This document shows positions 53,475 through 64,000 of a DNA stretch of 64,000 nt, one piece after another. The DNA is from Octopus sinensis (taxonomy: Eukaryota), in the NCBI RefSeq assembly GCF_006345805.1, contig NC_043002.1, positions 72,478,001 through 72,542,000 of the forward strand, in the 5' to 3' direction. The notes beneath the pieces are model-generated. The model worked only from the letters and a program-made list of their open reading frames with translations, was not told where the DNA came from and made no database searches. The position numbers and the translations under genes were made by a program. How positions within the stretch are numbered: the stretch's first letter is position 1; each line of letters begins with the position of its first letter.

Positions 53475-54075
53475 AGCCTGAAATTTTGGGAAGGGGTGGG
53501 GCAATCAATTTGATCGACCCCAGTATGCAACTGGTACTTAATTTATTGACCCCAAAAGGATGAAAAGCAAAGTCGATCTCAGCGAAATTTGAACTCAGAA
53601 CATAGCAACAGGCAAAATACTGCTAAGCACTTCACCTGGCCTGCTAATGTTTCTTATTTCTTTATTGCCCACAAGGAGCTAAATAAGGACAGACAAAGGG
53701 ATTAAGTCAATTACATCGACCCCAGTGCATAACTGGTTCTTAATTTATCTACACCGAAAAGATGAAAGGCAAAATCGACCTCGGTGGAATTTGAATGCAG
53801 AATGTAAAGACAGACGAAATACCTATTTCTTTACTACCCACAAGGGGCTAAACACAGAGAAGACAAACAAGGACAAAGGGATTAAGTCAATTACATCGAC
53901 CCCAGTGCATAACTGGTACTTAATTTATCGACCCCGAAAGGCTGAAAGGCAAAGTCGACCTCGGCAGAATTTGAACTCAGAATGTAACAGCAGACGAAAT
54001 ACCGCTGAGCATTTTGCCGGGTGTGCTAACGTTTCTACCAGCTCACCACCTGCTAATGTTTCTGCCAGCTCGCTA
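53475..54075 (-). mobile_element. Nested SINE family B cluster: dimer 53654-54048 inside an older copy
   Basis: TSD CCTGCTAATGTTTC at 53640-53653 and 54049-54062. Internal tail-to-GGTATTTCG junction at 53823. Confidence 0.88.
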
Positions 54076-54750
54076 CCTTTACCGTAGTTCATTATGCAAT
54101 CACACAAGAGTTGCTAACTGGGTGCTTATGAAAATAATAGGTTGTGTGCTAGAAACTAGAGTTATTACACAACTTGTTAAAATACCTCTCTCCTTTACAT
54201 AACAAGGATTCACTACCAACAAAACTTCTTTAAAAAAAAAGGTACTATTTTGTATATTCCTTACTTAGAATATGTGGTTAGTATCTAAAAAAAGTATCCC
54301 AAAAATTCAACATTAATATAGGCTTGTCATAAAAATCAACAAGCTTATTTTGTGCTTCAAAGTCTTAACCACATTTAATCAATAAAAAAGAAACATACCA
54401 AACTTTGTTTCTACACAAGTCTCTAAATATACTAATTGAAGGAGCCTTTGTATTGTCACATGATGTGTTAGAAACAGCAGCCAAACCTCTCTCAAAGCAG
54501 ACCTCACCATCAATAAGGCATAAAACAATGTAGTCCTAGATATCCCCAAAATGTCAGGATGGATACAGCTGTGAATGGTTTTTATCTGCTCTGTCAAGGT
54601 TAGCCTGGAGCTGAACGACAACAGGAAAACTTCCCTAACAGATATATGATCAATCCCAACAGCTGCATTTATTTGTCATAAATCCAACATGTGTGTTTTG
54701 ATACTAGTAAGAGAGAACAATTAACAACTCTTTATCAAACCCAGCACACC

Positions 54751-55203
54751 AAAAACTTATTCACACCACCGCAAAGCATTTCATCTCAATCCTGTCTTCT
54801 TTCTGCCGCCTAAAACCTCATCTCCCAATTCTCTCTCTCGCTATGTGGTGTCGGTTCTCCCTCTGTTTTCACTGTCTCTCTCTCTCTCTCTCTCTCTCGG
54901 TATATATCTCTCCTTCACTCGCTTCCGCAGGATGAAAAAAAAAAACATCAGCTAAGTTCCCGACCTGTTTCCTCTTTTCATTGTTTTTGCAAGCCTTATT
55001 ATTATTGTATCCCCATCTAATAGCGTTATCGTTGTCTTTCGTCTCAAATGCTAGCTGAAGCATAAAAACTTTCACTCACAAAAACTTATTCACACCACCG
55101 CAAAGCATTTCATCTCAATCCTGTCTTCTTTCTGCCGCCTAAAACCTCATCTCCCAATTCTCTCTCTCGCTATGTGGTGTCGGTTCTCCCTCTGTTTTCA
55201 CTG

Positions 55204-55241
<38 letters not shown>

Positions 55242-55552
55242 TCTCTCTCGGTATATATCTCACCTTCACTCGCTTCCGCGGGATGAAAAAAAAAAACATC
55301 AGCTAAGTTCCCGACCTGTTTCCTCTTTTCATTGTTTTTGCAAGCCTTATTATATTGTATCCCCATCTAATAGCGTTATCGTTGTCTTTCGTCTCAAATG
55401 CTAGCTGAAGCATAAAAACTTTCACTCACAAAAACTTATTCACACCACCGCAAAGCATTTCATCCAATCCTGTCTTCTTTCTTCTGCCGCCTAAAACCTC
55501 ATCTCCCAATTCTCTCTCTCGCTATGTGGTGTCGGTTCTCCCTCTGTTTTCA

Positions 55553-55610
<58 letters not shown>

Positions 55611-55870
55611 GGTATATATCTCACCTTCACTCGCTTCCGCGGGATGAAAAAAAAAAACATCAGCTAAGTTCCCGACCTGTTTCCTCTTTTCATTGTTTTT
55701 GCAAGCCTTATTATTATTGTATCCCCATCTAATAGCGTTATCGTTGTCTTTCGTCTCAAATGCTAGCTGAAGCATAAAAACTTTCACTCACAAAAACTTA
55801 TTCACACCACCGCAAAGCATTTCATCTCAATCCTGTCTTCTTTCTGCCGCCTAAAACCTCATCTCCCAAT
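54751..55870. repeat. Tandem array of a 330-360 bp unit, 3 full copies plus a partial one
   Basis: Units begin aaaaacttattcacaccaccgc near 54751, 55080, 55431 and 55793. They differ mainly in (CT)n length. Confidence 0.95.
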
Positions 55871-56364
55871 GCGCGGTGCGCCAGCCCTCCCACCCCCACC
55901 ACCAATACCGGATATCTCTATATTTTGCTCCATCTATACCGGATGTCGCTTCTCCCACCACCATTATAGGTGTCTACTCTTCGAACCCCCCTCTTCAATA
56001 CGCTATTTCACCATGCATTACCCCTCTCTCGATATCCTACATTCTACTTGCCTAGAACCTGTCATCATTTCTCTGAACCACCCCTCCCCACTGGTGCTCC
56101 CCTATATTTCTGCACCCCCCCCACACATAAAAAGCACCATCCGAACGTGGCCGATGCCAGACCCCTCTGGCACCTGTGCAGGTGGCACGTAAAAAGCACC
56201 CACTACACTCGCGGAGTGGTTAGCGTTAGGAAGGGCATCCAGCTGTAGAAACACTGCCAGACTAGACTGGAGCCTGGGGCAGTCCCGAGCTCCCCAGACC
56301 CCGGTCGAAACCGTCCAACCCGTGCTAGCGCGGAAAACGGACGTTAAACGATGATGATGATGAT
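55871..56364 (+). mobile_element. Young RTE-type 3' element (LINE 3' UTR or RTE-tailed SINE), (GAT)n tail
   Basis: gttaggaagggcatccagctgtagaaac motif, ending ggacgttaaacgatgatgat. Near-identical copy at 60502-60903. Confidence 0.8.
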
Positions 56365-56567
56365 TGTGCTATGGAACAGGAACTTCAGTATGAAAAACAT
56401 TTTATTAAAAGCACAATAGCTCAGAATCTGTGTCAAAGTACTCACAATATACAGTAGCCACTTAAAACTATTGTAAATTTCTACTAATTGCCAACTTATA
56501 AGTGGATGTTTTGTATTGCTTTTTTTACAGATGAAGCATTGTCCCAGTTGGTGTCATTTCCATACTT

Positions 56568-56765
56568 CATCGTCATCATCATTGTTTAACATCTGTTTTC
56601 CATGCTAGCATGGGCTGGATGGTTCAACCAGGGTTTGGGAAGCCAGGTGGCTGAACCAGGCTCCAGTCTGAAATGGCAGTGTTTCTACAGCTGGATGCCC
56701 TTCCTAACGCCAACCACTCCGTGAGTGTAGTGGGTGCTTTTTACGTGCCACAGGCACAGGTGCCT
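56568..56765 (-). mobile_element. Diverged inverted copy of the same RTE-type 3' element
   Basis: gtttctacagctggatgcccttcctaacgcc...ttttacgtgccac. Confidence 0.8.
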
Positions 56766-56828
56766 CATTATATTTTGTAGTTGTGATTGTGAATGAGAGG
56801 GGATGATGTAAGACGACCACCAAAAATG

Positions 56829-57320
56829 GCCGTGCAAAAGTTTTCGGCCACCTCACATAAACCAATTAAGATACAGTGTTTTAAAATAGAAAAATGTCTA
56901 TAATGAAAATTTATTACAGCTCTTCAAAATTGCAATGGATTCTTCTGACAAACTCTTCTCTTTAGCTCTGTCCACATTTGCTCGATGATATTTAAGTCAG
57001 GGCTCTGAACTGGCCAATCTTTCAATATGGTAACACCTTCATCAGCCAGACTCTGTTGTGTAGCACTCAGTCTGTGACATGGAGCTCAATCATGCTGAAA
57101 AATCTCACCTTCATCCAAGTCTGGTATCAAATTGTCCTCCAACAACTGAATGTATTGGGTACTATACAAGTTACCATCAATTTTAACCAACTTTCTTGAA
57201 CCATCACTTTTTTATGTATCCCCAAAACATCAGACTCTTACCCACCAAACTTCACTGCTTTCGTTGTGTAACATGGGTCATTTTGCTTTCCTGGAGGCCT
57301 TCTGATAAATTCTCGCTTAT
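56829..57320 (-). pseudogene. Tc1 (DD34E) transposase relic with 3' TIR
   Basis: LMFWGYI...FQHD*APCH...DWPVQSPDLNIIEQMW. TIR-like ccgtgcaaaagttttcggccacc near 56830. Confidence 0.85.
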
Positions 57321-58155
57321 TAGAAAGGCTTAATCTTAAAATTAGATAATAAGGTTTAACCTAATCAATAAGAGATTAATGATAGATGAATGAATGTACA
57401 CAACTAATCCCAATGTAAAAATTCTTTCATCAAAATTCCATGTTAATTTATATTCCAATCACCAGGTTAATTAATAAGTTATTTTAATTCATTTGCGTGA
57501 CACCAGTATCTGCCACAACTGTGATTTTGCTCAACCTAATGGGTCTTCTTTTCAAGCATGAAACTACTAAAGGTCTTGGTTATTGCCTCTGTGAGGCCCA
57601 AAACTCGAAAGGAACTCAGCTACTTTGCCTACATCAGGCCCAATGCTCAAAAGGAACTCAGCTAGTTTGCTTCTATATATTTTTAAATCAATTGAAATTA
57701 AGGTACTATATTTCAAATGAAATATGGTAACAAAAGAGTTAAATTTACCCAGTACTTGACTGATACTTTGTTTTATCTGCACAGAAGGATGAAATGCAAA
57801 GCTAACCATAGCAAGATTTGAACTCAGAACATAAAAGGCCAGAACCAAATTTAATAAAACATTTTGTCTGACATTCTAATAATTCTGGTAATTCTATCAA
57901 GTCTTTTTCAAATAAACACACACACACAGAAGCACAGGCCTGAACATACAGAATAGAGCATCAATATGCTTGAATGATTGTAACTAGGTTATATGGGGGT
58001 TTGTGCAGCCAGTGGGATTTATCCTCACCCCATCTAAATGCCTATTCCTACGCCACTGAAAATACACATATATACAGCAGTAGTTGCATCATCATCATTC
58101 GTAATTGTACTAACAACTATTTTCCCATGGCAGTATCAGGTGAAAAGATCTATCA

Positions 58156-58486
58156 CAGTGAGTGATTCTCAACTGGGGTTCATATGACCCCTGAGGGTCT
58201 GTATAAGATTTTGGGGGTCTACACAACAAAATAGTAAATTGGGGATCCACAATAGTATTTTAAGGGCCCCCGAAAAAATTTTGCTTTATATGTATTGGTA
58301 TGTATTACAAGAAACAACTAGGTTTTTTCCTCTAACATTTTACATAGTTTAACCTACACAAGTTAATGTGTGACAAACAGGAATTTTAAAAGAAGTTTCT
58401 ATAACATTAAATAGCTCTGGGGGTCCACCAGAATAAAATAATAACCAAAGGGGTCCATAGATAAAAAAAATGGTTGAGAACTCTTG
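58156..58486. mobile_element. hAT-family MITE
   Basis: Ends CAGTG..TTCTCAAC / GTTGAGAACTCTTG with 8-bp TSD ATCTATCA (58148-58155, 58487-58494). Confidence 0.88.
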
Positions 58487-58619
58487 ATCTATCATAAAGC
58501 ATATTACCAAGTATCGTTTCCACTATGCAACACAGTATCTTAAGACTGCATTTCTTCACAGGCAACACAGCAGTTTATCATCACCCAATACTCAGTCTTC
58601 AGGTATATGACACTGCCAT

Positions 58620-59319
58620 ACCAGCTCAGTTGTCTCCCTTGCACATTTTGGTTGCTTTGCTTCCCAAATTTCTCTTCCGCTTTTTTTGTGTATGCTAACA
58701 TTGCACATCCAACAAATAATGCTAGTAGTATTTTTCTCCAGCTTCAAAAAATACTGTACATCATTCAACGCTCAAGCCTTACAACCCTGTAGCTAATACT
58801 TCTCTTGCTTCAAAGAATCTGTCTTTCACACAGAGGGAGAAATCTATTGTTGCTAACACAGGAACAGATCCCTAAACTTTCTCTATCCTCATTCTGCTAC
58901 ATCTACTTCCAACACTGATTAAATTACTGAAGTAATAGAAAATGCAAAGAACATAAAGTAAATTTCCTTAGCAAACTATAAGTATAATTTTATGAGTTCC
59001 CTTACTTTAATAATTCTTTCACCTCTGAAGTTTCGGGTTCATTGTCAGCTTGCCAGAGATCCAACTGCACCTTTTCTGTATTTACTGCTTACAATGCTGA
59101 GGACTTGGATTACATATCAGAATCTCTTACTCTTTTACTCGCTTCAGTCATGTGACTGTGGCCATACTGGAGCAGCGCCAGTCAAGCAAATCGACCACAG
59201 GACTTATTCTTTGTAAACTTAGTACTTATTCTATCGGTCTCTTTCGCCGAACAACTAAGCTACAAGGACATAAACACACCAGCAATGGTTGTCAGGCGAT
59301 GTTGGGGCCCCAAACACAG

Positions 59320-59369
<50 letters not shown>

Positions 59370-59760
59370 GATGGGCTTTTTCCAGTTTCCGTCTACCAAA
59401 TCCACTCACAAGGCTATAGTAGAAGATACTCGCCCAAGATGCCACGCAGTGGGACTGAACCCGGAAACATGTGGTTCATAAGCAAGCTACTTACCACACA
59501 ACCTCTCCTATGCCTACATGATAAGTTCTTACCAACTCCCTTTCTACATACTACCCCAGCTCACTTGCCATGCACCATTAAAATTTTGTATTCTCTCCGA
59601 CTCAACTGTCAAACGGATCTTTGCTATGTTAACCAGCAAACCTTTGGATTCGAAACCATTCTTCTAAGTCTGGAACTTTCTCTGCAATTCTTCAACAGAT
59701 TCTGATATGTAACCCAAGTCCTAAGCATTTGAGAATTCCCAAGAGTAACTCATATTGAAC
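58620..59760 (-). pseudogene. Decayed RTE LINE pieces interrupted by a SINE
   Basis: KLEKN..SI..WMCNVS and FQTWKNGFESKGLLVN motifs. Confidence 0.6.
59125..59515 (-). mobile_element. SINE family A
   Basis: Family A tail, TA tract and head. Confidence 0.88.
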
Positions 59761-59821
59761 TGCTATGTGACTGCCTCAACAAGTATAGGAGAAAGGGTGC
59801 AAACAGGGCAGTTACACTTAC

Positions 59822-59899
59822 CACATGCGGCGAGAATCTTCTTTCAAATTCTTTTTGATTTATAATTCCACCTTCTCCTGGAGCGCTGGTATAACCAAT
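59822..59899 (-). CDS. SSR2: TRAP-beta/SSR2, penultimate coding exon
   Basis: Acceptor ccttttgcttgtag, donor gtaagt, 78 nt, phase 0-0. Translates IGYTSAPGEGGIINQKEFERRFSPHV vs human [26 protein letters not shown]. Confidence 0.96.
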
Positions 59900-60109
59900 C
59901 TACAAGCAAAAGGTTACATTAGTCTGTAGTAGTGAGTGATCAACATATTTCCTTTAACAAGTCTTTTGGTATTATTTTGCAAAAAAAAAAAAATTCTTTT
60001 AAATATTGTAATATTTGTTCTTTCTTACAAAATAAAAGAAAAACAAATAAAATGTTCTTCAATCAGAAATCTCTTTATTATAACTAATTATTCATTTCAA
60101 TAACTTCAA

Positions 60110-61095
60110 CCACTTATTCCTGGGAGGGTCATGGGGGCAAAGTCCTCAAGCATACCTTCCATCAAGTCCTGTCAGAAGCACCCATTTCCAACTGATCCAG
60201 CTGGATCTTCAAGTGAAACTGACTGAGCTCATGGATGTTATCCAACTCTCTTACTCGTGGACAACAGCTGGGTCTCCTGCTAGTTGATTTTGCCTGTAAA
60301 ACCTTCTGGGATATTCTTACCACATGCCCCAACATTTTTTTATTCTTATAAATGATGCTGAGTTGAAACCATTCAATGTTGGTGTTGGACTCTGCCAAGA
60401 GTGTGTACTGTTACCTCTCATGTTCAAAATCTTTATGGACAGAATTAACATGTACAGCCAGGATGGAAGTGGTATCGAGACAAGAGGGCGTAGGATCAGT
60501 CTTATAGGTGTCTACTCTTCGAACCCCTCTTCAATACGCTATTTCACCATGCATTACCCCTCTCTTGATATCCTACGTTCTACTTGCCTAGAACCTGTCA
60601 TCATTTCTCTGAACCACCCCTCCCCACTGGTGCTCCCCTATATTTCTGCACACCCCCCCCATATAAAAAGCACCATCCGAACGTGGCCGATGCCAGACCC
60701 CTCTGGCACCTGTGCAGGTGGCACGTAAAAAACACCCACTACACTCGCGGAGTGGTTGGCGTTAGGAAGGGCATCCAGCTGTAGAAACACTGCCAGACTA
60801 GACTGGAGCCTGGGGCAGTCCCTAGCTCCCCAGACCCCGGTCGAAACCGTCCAACCCGTGCTAGCGCGGAAAACGGACGTTAAACGATGATGATGATGAT
60901 GATGCTACTATTCAACTCGTCAAAAAGTGATTTCTAACATGCACTCAATAGGTTTGCTGCCAAGCACTTTTCAGCAGGAATGAAAATCAGTGACATGAAG
61001 ATTGAGACACTCGTCCTCTCAAGGAGGCTTGTGCAATGCCCTCTACATGTGAGTAGCATTTCACTGAAGCAAATGCAAAAAGTTCGAGCATCTTA
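60110..61095. pseudogene. Rearranged RTE-like RT relic hosting a younger insertion
   Basis: + strand FNVGVGLCQECVLLPLMFKIFMD (60340-60500) continues after the insert as HALNRFAA...GMKIS (60910-61095). A C-terminal piece is inverted at 60110-60340. Confidence 0.6.
60502..60903 (+). mobile_element. Young RTE-type 3' element, 5'-truncated copy
   Basis: Only a handful of differences from 55965-56364. Confidence 0.85.
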
Positions 61096-61104
61096 GCTAA
61101 TCTG

Positions 61105-61290
61105 AAATTTGAGAGGAGAAGGTTAGTTGATTGCATCAACCCCAGGACTTGGTCGGTGCTTATTTTATCGACCCTGAAAGGATGAAAGACAAAGTCAACT
61201 TCACTGAAACTTGAACTCAGAATGTAAAACCAGAAGAAATGCTACTAAACACTTCATCTGGCACGCAAACGATTCTGCCAGCTTGCCACT
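61105..61290 (-). mobile_element. SINE family B, diverged
   Basis: tttatcgaccctgaaaggatgaaagacaaagtc...gattctgccagcttgcc. Confidence 0.75.
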
Positions 61291-61526
61291 TTCTTACCAT
61301 CAAATTAATTGTCAACAGATGAAATTTAAAAAGAACTAAGAATCCATTTACAATGTAAAGTGCTAACATGAAAACTTAACGATTCCAATAGTTCAGATAT
61401 CAAATGTCTAAAACAAGAGAATTTTCTGATTACACACGATAATAGTAGTTGTTTTTTAAAGATGGTATTTAAAAATACATGATGTGTTTCAAGGTGGAGG
61501 TGAATTTCTTAGAAAAATATACACAC

Positions 61527-61638
61527 CATTCTTTCTTCAGCATCATCTTTTGGAAGATATGTCAACTGTGCAGCAGTGAAATTGAAAAATCCAAACTTTA
61601 GAGGTTTCATAACGACCGCATGTGTAACATTGCTCTTA
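61527..61638 (-). CDS. SSR2: Translocon-associated protein beta (TRAP-beta/SSR2), internal coding exon
   Basis: Acceptor ttacctcag, donor gtgtgt, 112 nt. Translates (P)KSNVTHAVVMKPLKFGFFNFTAAQLTYLPKDDAEERM, matching human SSR2 [28 protein letters not shown]. Both N-glycosylation sequons (NVT, NFT) are kept. Confidence 0.95.
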
Positions 61639-61916
61639 CTGAGGTAATTGTCAAGGAAAAAATATCAAATAGAAAGGGCAAAAATAGACAGACACACATG
61701 AAAACAATCTTTCGAAATTAAACTGAAACAAAGTTGAAAAGTAGTCACAGATTTAAAGACAAAACAACAGTCTATGTAAGAATTTGTTCATATTATCGTA
61801 AATCACGAGAATCCTTATTAGTTTCCAGCTAGTACACTGCTCCATTACAAAGTGTTTTTACCTTTCTTATTAACTGCCTTTCCACTGGAGAAAAACAGTT
61901 TACCACCTCGCAAAGT

Positions 61917-62215
61917 GTGGAGGCACATGGCCTAGTGGTTAGAGCAGCGGACTCGCGGTCGATGGATCACAGGTTCGAATCTCAGACCGGGCGATGTGTG
62001 TGTTTATGAGTGAGACATCTAAGCTCCACGCGACTCCGGCAGAAGGTAATGGTGAAGCTTCTGCTGAGTCTTTCGCCACAACTTTCTCTTCTTTCCTCCT
62101 GCATCTTGCAGCTCACCCGCGACGGACCGGCGTCCCGTCCAGGTGAGGAACCTATACGCCAAGGAAACTGGGAAACTGGTCCTTATGAGCCAGGCATGGC
62201 TCGAGAAGGAACAAA
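61917..62215 (+). mobile_element. SINE family C subfamily
   Basis: ggaggcacatggcctagtggttagagcagcggactcgcggtc...caggttcgaatctcagaccgg. Confidence 0.8.
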
Positions 62216-62697
62216 CAAACCTTGCAAAGAGCACAGAACTACGCGATTCTTAGTATATGTAGGTATGGAAAGTGTTCGTTCAAGGGAGGTAACTATTTTA
62301 AAGGCGTCTACGTAAACGGAATAAAATTGTTAGACGCTGGTCTCACAGGCTCCGACAAAAATAAAAGTAATGACGCTTAATGTTTAGAGCTTAAGATAAT
62401 TTGTATCCTATTCACAATGACTTAAATACATATTATATAATCATAATAATATTGGCGTTAGAGTTTGCTGCTATAAATAGTCAAAGTATCCTGTAATACG
62501 TCAACAAGCGAGCATGGTAAGGTAGACGGTTGATAAATACATTATCTCTGGAATTACTGCATGAAGTCAAGCCCTTCACGTAACTTTTCAATAGCTTAAT
62601 TACTTTCATTGGAGATTAAATTATACCATAACAATAGTCAAATCTCTAGAGCAATATCATATTTATCACATACAGCGATAAGATAAACCTAGAGACC

Positions 62698-62806
62698 CCC
62701 AGGACTTATTCTTTGTAAGCCTAGTCTCTTTTGCCGAACCGCTAAGTTACGGGGGCGTAAACACACCAGCATCGGTTGTCAAGAGATGTTGGAGGGACAA
62801 ACACAG

Positions 62807-62851
<45 letters not shown>

Positions 62852-62985
62852 TACGACGGACTTCTTTCGATTTCTGTCAACCAAATCCACACAGACGCTT
62901 GCCCAAGATGCCACACAGTGGGACTGAACCCGGAATCATGTGGTTTGTAAGCAAGCTACTTACCACACAGCCACTCCTACGTCTA
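62698..62985 (-). mobile_element. SINE family A, tail-truncated
   Basis: Family A motifs with small internal deletions. Confidence 0.85.
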
Positions 62986-63195
62986 TAACTTGACAAAAAC
63001 ATTTCTATAATAAACGGTTGGTTTTTTTCCATAAGAAACGCCAGATAAGTGCACACCTGAGGTTTGGTGGTAGGCAATGAGTAAAGGACTCCTATTCTCT
63101 CTCTCTCTCACACACACACACACATAAAGTGCGAGAGAAAGAGAGAAAGTAAATGACAAAGGAGTTACAGAAATTAAACAGATGAGAAATTTCAT

Positions 63196-63558
63196 TTATT
63201 ACCTCTGCCTTTGCTAAGGCAGAGGTATTGTTTTCAGTCATGTTTGTTTGTCCGTGGACAAGATATCTCAAGAACCGCAGAATGGATTCGGATGAAACTT
63301 ACAGGGATGTTTGGCCTTGTGACTGTCACAAACTGATTAGATTTTGGGATCGATCCGGTACCGGACAAGGATTCTGGATTATTTTTCCGGTATTTTTACT
63401 TAATTTTTGAGAGCGGTCAAATTCATTTTTAGTATTCTCATTTGTGGGAGCAGTTGAGATTATTTCAGATATTCTCATTTTAAAAATTGTCTCTGGCTAA
63501 TTGTTGAGAGAACGTTAGTGTTGCCTTGGCAGAGGTTTGCACTCTCTCAGTGCTCATT
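63196..63558 (+). mobile_element. Helentron-type non-autonomous element (HINE/DINE-like)
   Basis: 5' ttatt-acctctgcc...ggcagaggt inverted pair, 3' subterminal ggcagaggt, and a gcact...agtgc stem-loop. Confidence 0.65.
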
Positions 63559-63892
63559 TAATTATACATTAAGGTCATTTTTTTTATCTTCAACTTGTTT
63601 CAGTTATTGGAAGACAGCCATGCTGGGGCAAACACCATGAAAGGCTTAGTCAAACAAATCAAGCCCAATACTTTAACATCTGGTTCTTATTCTATCAGCC
63701 TCTTTTGCCAAAACACTAAGTTACAAGGACCTAACACTTTAGCATTCAGATTATTCTCTGTCAAATGTGATATTTATTTATACACATGGATTTAAGTTAA
63801 TCAAGCATTATCTTGTAGCTTCGAAAGCACCATTCAAATGTTGGGTCTCTCAGACACAGTGACAAGTGATCGAGACCTTTGGCAATATACCA

Positions 63893-64000
63893 GGCGGCAA
63901 GCTGGCAGAAACGTTAGCACGCCGAGCGAAATGCTTGGCAGTATTTAGACTGTCTTTACGTTCTGAGTTCAAATTCCGCCAAGGTCAACTTTGCCTTTCA
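63893..64000 (+). mobile_element. SINE family B, 5' part running off the window
   Basis: ggcggcaagctggcagaaacgttagcacgccg...gagttcaaattccgcc. Confidence 0.85.

Noticed and set aside
54396-54520. Possible minus-strand exon (DYIVLCLIDGEVCFERG...KVW) ending at a GTATGT donor
   Set aside because: Weak acceptor, unrecognised peptide, and the flanking SSR2 exons join in frame without it.
54751-55870. Tandem array as a CRISPR-like locus
   Set aside because: Whole units repeat with no unique spacers, and the context is a eukaryotic intron.

Overview
AT-rich, microsatellite-dense eukaryotic genomic DNA, most likely an octopus (inferred from the tRNA-derived SINE families). One host gene is identifiable: the last three coding exons of SSR2 (TRAP-beta) on the minus strand (61638-61527, 59899-59822, 52474-52364). 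Its 5' exons lie beyond base 64000. The rest is mostly transposable-element debris: four SINE families; Penelope-like retroelements (PLEs); RTE, R4/Dong-like and HERO-like LINE relics; mariner, Tc1, Merlin, hAT, piggyBac-like, Helitron and Helentron-type pieces. There are no rRNA genes, CRISPR arrays or prokaryotic systems. The most interesting signals are: (i) six minimal type I hammerhead ribozyme motifs in three variants, including atypical cores, four of them on short solitary modules; (ii) a 2.8-kb head-to-head inverted PLE; (iii) a SINE that inserts at GGT sites and into its own family; (iv) a 620-bp foldback next to the last SSR2 splice acceptor. All alignments and family assignments were made by eye. 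TE boundaries are approximate unless a TSD or TIR is quoted.
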